A stretch of 15,145 nt of DNA from Paraspadella gotoi. Lineage: Eukaryota > Animalia > Chaetognatha. The first letter of the stretch is position 1. Each line of letters begins with the position of its first letter. This document shows positions 9,712 to 15,145 of the stretch, piece after piece. The notes under the pieces were generated by a model. That model had not been told where the DNA came from and did not search any database. It saw nothing but the letters and a program-made list of their open reading frames with translations. The translations under genes and the position numbers were made by a program. Location: the NCBI GenBank assembly GCA_051294375.1, contig JBJCIZ010001137.1, forward strand, positions 1 through 15,145, read 5' to 3'.

Positions 9712-10584
9712 TTGATGCGATGATAGTCATTCATTGATGTGAAGATAAGTCATCTCATTGATTACGATGAATAATCATTCATTGATGATGATAGTCATTC
9801 ATTGACTAATGAATATTCATCATAAATAAACAAACAAATGCGTGTATGAGTGAATAGAGAGAGAGAAAGAAAGAGAGAGAGAAAGAAAGAGAAATAAATC
9901 CAGCAAAAATCTCGGATGTAAATTTGGATTTTGCATTGAGAAAAAGCGAAATAAATGGAAAAAAATAAAAAGAAAAAAAATAATCAAATTTTTCAAAAAA
10001 CATTCAACGCAAGAGATCGTACAGAGAGAGGGAGAGAGACAGAGACAGAGAGAGAGAAAAAAATCTTAAAAGCAATAAAGGATCCGAGCCTGCTTCGATG
10101 GTAACCAAATATTGATGCGATGATACCAAATATTGATGCCGATGATAACCAAATAATTGATGCGATGATAACAAAATACTTTGTGATGATAATCAAATGA
10201 TTGAATGCGATGATAGTCATTCATTGATGTGATATAATCATTCATTGATTTGAATGATAATCATTCATTGATGCGATGAATAGTCATTCATTGACGCGAT
10301 GAATCACTTCAATTGTAAAATAAAACAAACAATGCGAGTATGAATGAGAGAAGAGAAGAGAGAGAAAGAGAGAGAGGCTGGTTAGTTTTCACTCTGTTTT
10401 ATATAAAGAATAATCAAAATTTTTCGAAAAAAAAACCACAGAAAATCTCGAATGTAAATTTGGGATGTGTATTGAGAGAAAAAGAGCGGAATAAATGGCG
10501 GAATAAATAGAAAGAAAAAAAAGAGAGAGAGAGAGAAGAGAGAGAAAGATAGAGAGAAGCTTGGCCGCTGCTGACTCGTTTTTT
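9712..10584 (+). repeat. Family B composite repeat: two rounds of 22-bp minisatellite + GA tract + core module
   Basis: TTGATGCGATGATAGTCATTCA arrays at ~9712-9810 and ~10095-10305, each followed by aaataaacaaacaatgcg.gtatga.tga, a GA tract and the core gaaaatctcg.atgtaaatttgg..ttt.gtattgagaaaaagcg.gaataaatgg. Ends with ACTCGTTTTTT. Confidence 0.85.
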
Positions 10585-11104
10585 GACGAATTCTGAGTAG
10601 GGACGAACTCTTTTAACCTTCTTTAAAAAAATTTTAATCTTGAATGAAATTTTAGATTGTTCTTTTTTTTAAGAAAGAAACCAGACCGAGGTCAAATTCA
10701 TATTGCATATTTAACTAATTTATAAATATTTATTCCAAACTTTAATAATTATTAATTTAAAAAAGGATAAAAATGATTAAATATATATACTAATAACATT
10801 TACAAATTAAATTGTAAAAATTTATCAGATAACAAAAAAATTAAATGTTTAATTTGACTATATCCTCTCTTCTCAACTCCTATTTTAGATATAAGTTGCC
10901 ATAGTGGGCCAACCGGTCCAAAGTTAGCAATAATAAACAAAAACAAAAAAATATTTTTTTTAGAAAAATTATACATGCATTAAATTAATCCACGCAATTT
11001 GGCCGGACATATAAGCAGTTATTGTACAGGCAGCAAGCTGAATGTTACATGTGCAATTTGCCTGCATTATAAGTTATTCTTCCCTTTTTTCTAAAATGAA
11101 TGCC

Positions 11105-11498
11105 ACGAAAATCTTGTAATGTAAAATTTGGGATTTTGTATTCAGAAAAAATAATAAGTGGCGAATAAAATAGATAAAATTAGAAAGAAGCTGACATAGC
11201 CGGAAACTTGTGGTGAAAAAAAAAGTAACTAGAAAAATTTTTTTTGTAAAAAAAAAAAGATAGAGAGAGAGAGGAGAGAAAGATAGAGAAGAAGAGAGAG
11301 AGAGAGCCGGAACCGTTTAAATCGCTTTACTCGTCGCCCAGTGACGGTGGTGAAAAAAAAAGTAACTAAATTATTTTTTGTAAAAAAAAAAGAAGATAGA
11401 AAAAGAGAGAGAAAATTCTCGATGTCATTTGTGATTTTGTTATTGAGAAAAAAGCGCGGAATAAAATGGCGATAATAAAGTTTTTAGAAGGAAAGAAA

Positions 11499-11533
<35 letters not shown>

Positions 11534-11850
11534 AAAAGAAGCCATAAAAGAAATTTTTTGTAGCATTGAAAAATTATAATCCCTATTAACAAAATATAAT
11601 AGTTGAAAATCTCAGTTAACGACTGATGATATTTTGGACTTCGCAATAATAATATATAATATCGCGTTATCAGCGTTATCAGCGTTATTAGGGTCATGTT
11701 TCCTTGACATTGTTTACTCGTTGCCTCGCAACGGCCAACGAAATCCAGGTAAAGAGAAAAAAGCGGCGGAAATACAATGGTGATAATAAAAGTTTTTAGA
11801 AGGAAAAAATAATCAGAGAGAAAGAGAGAGAGAGAGAAAAGAAAAAGAAA
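11105..11850 (+). repeat. Further family B core modules with GA tracts
   Basis: Core copies at ~11107-11172, ~11410-11530 and ~11752-11850 (gagaaaaaagcgcggaataaaatggcgataataaagtttttagaagg). Duplicated unit gtggtgaaaaaaaaagtaacta..tttttgtaaaaaaaa..gataga at ~11210-11265 and ~11347-11402. Confidence 0.8.
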
Positions 11851-12235
11851 AACTGAATTTTCTTTCCAATTTATCTCAGATTATATAATTTGGGATCATA
11901 CGATGAAATGAACCGGAAAACAGAGAAAGGATTAAGGAAGAGGATTCGGAAGAGGAAGAAGATTCTGGAATGATTTTTGAATGGGATTTTGGAAGCCAAA
12001 TCCAGAAAAAAGGAACAATACTTTCCGAAAGAGTAAAAGAAGGTTCCAGAAAGGAAGAGGAGGATTCCGAAGAGGATCTGGCTCGTCTACTTACCCTTTA
12101 ATAAAGAGTCTCTGTTTCTGCTTTGATTTCACTCTGTCTCAAATCGTGAACGAAACCGTCTTGCGCTGTTCTTAGTGAAATTAATATTCACTTTGTTTCA
12201 TGTTGAAAATCCCTGTCTACTTATTTAAATGTGGG

Positions 12236-12277
12236 TGGCAGTGGTTGGGATTGAACCCAACGCTCCAGAGAGACTGG
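12236..12277 (-). pseudogene. tRNA-Leu 3' half (anticodon 3' stem, long variable arm, T arm, acceptor 3' strand); truncated or tRNA-derived fragment
   Basis: Minus strand reads ccagtctctctggagcgttgggttcaatcccaaccactgcca, matching the conserved eukaryotic tRNA-Leu(AAG/TAG) 3' half CCAGTCTCTTCGGAGGCGTGGGTTCGAATCCCACC(G/A)CTGCCA (recalled consensus) with a few indels. The 5' half and anticodon are absent. Confidence 0.75.
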
Positions 12278-12515
12278 TATTGAAAAAAAAAAGCGCGGAT
12301 ATAAATGGCGATAATAAAGTTTTTAGCAGGAAAAAAATAATCAGAATTTTTCAAAAAAAAACAACGATCGTACAGAGAGAGAGAGACAGAAAGAACAAGA
12401 GAGAGAGAAAGAGAAAGAGAAGAGACAGAAGAGAAAAGAGAGACAGAAAGAGACCAGAAGAAAAGAGAAAGCTGGAAGGCAGCTAACAGTCCTGCAGAAC
12501 CGGAACTCGTTTTTT
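12277..12515 (+). repeat. Family B module with GA/GACA tract and putative 3' terminus
   Basis: gtattgaaaaaaaaaagcgcggatataaatggcgataataaagtttttag...aatcagaatttttcaaaaaaa..gatcgtacagagagag matches ~9935-10050. Ends with ACTCGTTTTTT, as at 10574-10584. Confidence 0.8.
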
Positions 12516-13117
12516 AAGGTTATTCATGAAAAAGCAGCAACTTGAAAAAATAAGAAAAAATAATCCTATATATAATTTAAAGAAATAAAAGAAGGCAATA
12601 AAATATGTACATTGTTTTACAATTGGAAATTTTTCCAATTTTTTCCAAATCGCAGCTGAAAGATTTTATTTTTCATTTGTATTAAAATTAAGATATAGCT
12701 TCTCATTAAAAGTTATTTTGAGTTATCCCATTTTTTATTATAGATTTTAAAAAATTTTTTTTTTTGCACACTCTTCATCTTCAATTTATAATACTGCAAT
12801 ATGTAAATTAGAATTAAGCATTTCTCATAAATACTATTTTGATAATATAATGAGTACTATAATCTCATTTTGATATTGCACGTAAATCATAATGAAGTGG
12901 AAATTCAAAGAACAAAAATAACTTAATCCAAATGTAATACGAAAATATCAAAGCTATTTCAAGATGAGAAGCCATATCTAAATTTTTAATTTACTATGAT
13001 CGCACACTTTTTATAAAACTTTATCAATAAATTCAATAATAATTTTTATTTAAAAAAAAAAAAGGGTAAGTCCCAACCAAACCTATAAAGCGTAGTAGTT
13101 TTATATAAAAATATGCG

Positions 13118-13154
13118 GACGCCGACGACCGACGACGCCGACGACGACGACGAC
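13118..13154. repeat. (GAC)n / (GTC)n imperfect microsatellite at the truncation point of family A copy 2
   Basis: gacgccgacgaccgacgacgccgacgacgacgacgac directly abuts tagtgaaatatat. Confidence 0.9.
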
Positions 13155-13523
13155 TAGTGAAATATATTTTTTTGTTTTTTCCATTAAACCTAATTTTCAC
13201 TCGCACGATACTCGAAACTTCATATCCATCTCCAATCACACAGTTTCCTACCACAACACAAAATTCTACCATCCATCCATAAAAAATCACGAGTAATTTG
13301 GAGTTTTCCTGCTAGGTGAAGACGGAACGGATGAACGGACAGACAGACAGAGAGACAAAGACAGACGGACATCATTTTTTTTGGGCATAATTTATCAAAA
13401 ATTCGATGTTCTGAACATGAATATAAAGTGTGTGCACCGACAATATTGAGGGGGTGGACCGAGCGGACGCGACAAAGTGAATTATAGAGTCGGGATCTGC
13501 TGATAAGCAGATCCGACTAAAAA
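13155..13523 (-). mobile_element. Second (5' portion only) copy of family A HINE/DINE-1-like element, inverted
   Basis: The reverse complement aligns collinearly with ~365-740: hairpin, ctctataattc.actttgtcg, gataaattatgc, CTGT/CCGT microsatellite, ttactcgtga, ggtaggaaa, aatggaaaaaacaaaaaaatatatttcacta. Confidence 0.85.
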
Positions 13524-13625
13524 CAGTATATATATATATTTAGGCGGATCGATATCAGAGTTTGAGTTTAATAAAAAACAGTGTAATATATATTTTGGCG
13601 GATCGGATATCAGAGTTTGAGTTTA
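13519..13625 (+). repeat. Two-copy ~55-bp tandem duplication flanking family A copy 2
   Basis: aaaaacagt.ta.tatatattt.ggcggatc(g)gatatcagagtttgagttta at 13519-13570 and 13574-13625. Confidence 0.85.
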
Positions 13626-14714
13626 TATGAAGTTATTTTTTTTTTAAATGTAAAGCGCATTATTGAATATTTACGTTTTAAAATTTTACCCGCACTATAA
13701 TATGCAAATGAGATTAAAGAACAAAAGATTTCTCAATATATATCGAAATATTAGCAAATAAATTAAAATCTGCACCGTCTTATCTCAACAGTAATATTTA
13801 TTTGTACATAAAGTTAAGTAACTCTTAAAATATATAATTTTTTTAGAAAGGATATAGACTATAGATATATTCTACACGGTTCCTTTTTCCGATTTATCGG
13901 CATGGAGTGCACAAGAATGAGATGTTCCCGGGATATGTTTCCGGACCTTTGGCTACACAAAAAAAAGTGTAAACAAATTTTTTTCCTAATGACGTTTTTT
14001 ATAAATAATATTAAAATTAAAATTAGCTATACAAAATCAATAAAGTAGAATAAAAAAAAATGGTTTAAATTTTTTTTAAAAATGAAAATATCATGCATCA
14101 TCCATAATCTATGAACAATTTCCTTTTGTTCGAGTCCATAAACATTATTCTATATACTATGTACTATAAGTTATTTTACATAATAAAAAATTTCATGATT
14201 ATTACAAGAAAACCTTTTATAACTATTGAGTCAACATTCAGATAAGTCTTTATCTTTGTGAAAAATATATTGCCTCGTAACCCTCTTAGTCAATTTTAAA
14301 CCAGTATGCTATGGTCTTTATTTTAACTTACCTAGATATCCTACAGAACCAGAATTTTTTTAAAAATCACTACTCACTGATGCATTTATTTTAAGAGTTC
14401 GATCAATAAAAAGTATTGACTCTTTATGGATAATGTTTATGGAGTTCAGAACAAGGAGATGGCAAAGTTATTCCTCAATTTTTAGGAAGGAAGAAAAATC
14501 TGGATTCTTAAAATATTAAATAGGAAATCCGTAACTCAACTTTGTTCCCTTTTCATCCATAATGCAAAAAGTTTAACCAGAGAAGAGTTTCATATATATA
14601 CTTGTATCTTTGACTTCTGGGAAGGTTTTCACCCGATCAAACAGTTTAACGTGAGTTTCTAAGAGAAAACTAAGAGAAAATTAAAGACTTTTATAAAGAG
14701 AGAGAGAGAGTGAG

Positions 14715-15110
14715 AAAGAGAGAGTTTCCAACAAAGAATTGAGAAAGGACAGTGGTCAGATTTTGAAAAATTATTTTTATTTTGAAAATTATTATCTGTC
14801 AAAAGCTGATGAAGACTCGAACAAAACAAGAGTCGAAACATGTCCAATATTCATTTGTAATAAAATCGTTGTAAAACTATTAAAAATTCTCCACGGACGT
14901 GACGACAAAAAAAAGATTTTCGCAGTAAATACGGCATTTCTTCTGGGCGAGACAGTGAGATTTCAAGTGAAACTACTAAGATCGAAAAAACTCTGAAAAT
15001 TTAACGCGTTGGAATTCACGATTTAAGTTATCTTTTCATTTTATTAATTTTCCCTGAACAAATTTTTCGTTCGCATATGGCGAATTCAATAGGATGAAAA
15101 GACCTCTCAA
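14715..15110 (-). mobile_element. Possible degenerate AP-type (EEP) endonuclease remnant of an L1/Tx1-like non-LTR retrotransposon
   Basis: Minus-strand fragments in the expected order across frames: FILLNSPYANE (cf. NxYAPN), SILVV (GDFN region, not intact), PWRIFN (cf. DxWRxxN), RLLFCSSL (cf. RLDYFxxSxxL), SDHCP, WKL (cf. WKLN). Stops and frameshifts present. Confidence 0.4.
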
Positions 15111-15145
15111 CTGGTTACTGAAATTCATGGATATGTCTCACGGTA

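Noticed and set aside
12232-12252. LTR retrotransposon primer-binding site (TGG-TGGCAG...)
   Set aside because: tRNA complementarity runs ~42 nt rather than about 18 or fewer, no LTR ending in CA precedes it, and no gag/pol follows.
9806-13290. ORFs 9806..10003, 9993..10220, 11366..11566, 11440..11697, 11981..12175, 12229..12486, 13033..13290
   Set aside because: Translations of GA/TC tracts, minisatellites, the tRNA fragment or the GTC repeat; no protein-like content.
1-13523. One giant inverted repeat or foldback element bounded by 1-740 and 10057-13523
   Set aside because: The order is B(-),A(+) on the left but B(+),A(-) on the right. A true inverted duplication would need A(-) before B(+). 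Independent insertions explain it better.
14739-14996. 85-aa plus-strand ORF
   Set aside because: No recognisable motifs and a non-ATG start; the opposite strand carries the more informative endonuclease-like remnants.

Overview
Very AT-rich eukaryotic (probably invertebrate) genomic DNA. It looks indel-noisy: repeat copies, exons and a tRNA fragment all carry scattered single-base indels. There are no prokaryote-type genes, and most listed ORFs are artefacts of repeats. Main content: (1) an apparently complete ~2.1 kb non-autonomous Helentron-type element (HINE/DINE-1-like, family A, 365-2442) with subterminal inverted repeats, 5' hairpin, (CCGT/CTGT)n microsatellite, internal reiterated modules and 3' stem-loop, plus a partial inverted copy at 13155-13523; (2) a second modular repeat family (B: 22-bp minisatellite, GA tracts, ~100-150 bp core) at 1-329 and reiterated over 9712-12515, sharing motifs with family A; (3) a probable multi-exon minus-strand gene of unknown product (~4550-7421) with a CACT-rich satellite in an intron; (4) a tRNA-Leu 3' half fused to a family B module; (5) a possible degenerate L1/Tx1-type AP endonuclease remnant at the right end. 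All alignments were done by eye and repeat boundaries are approximate.
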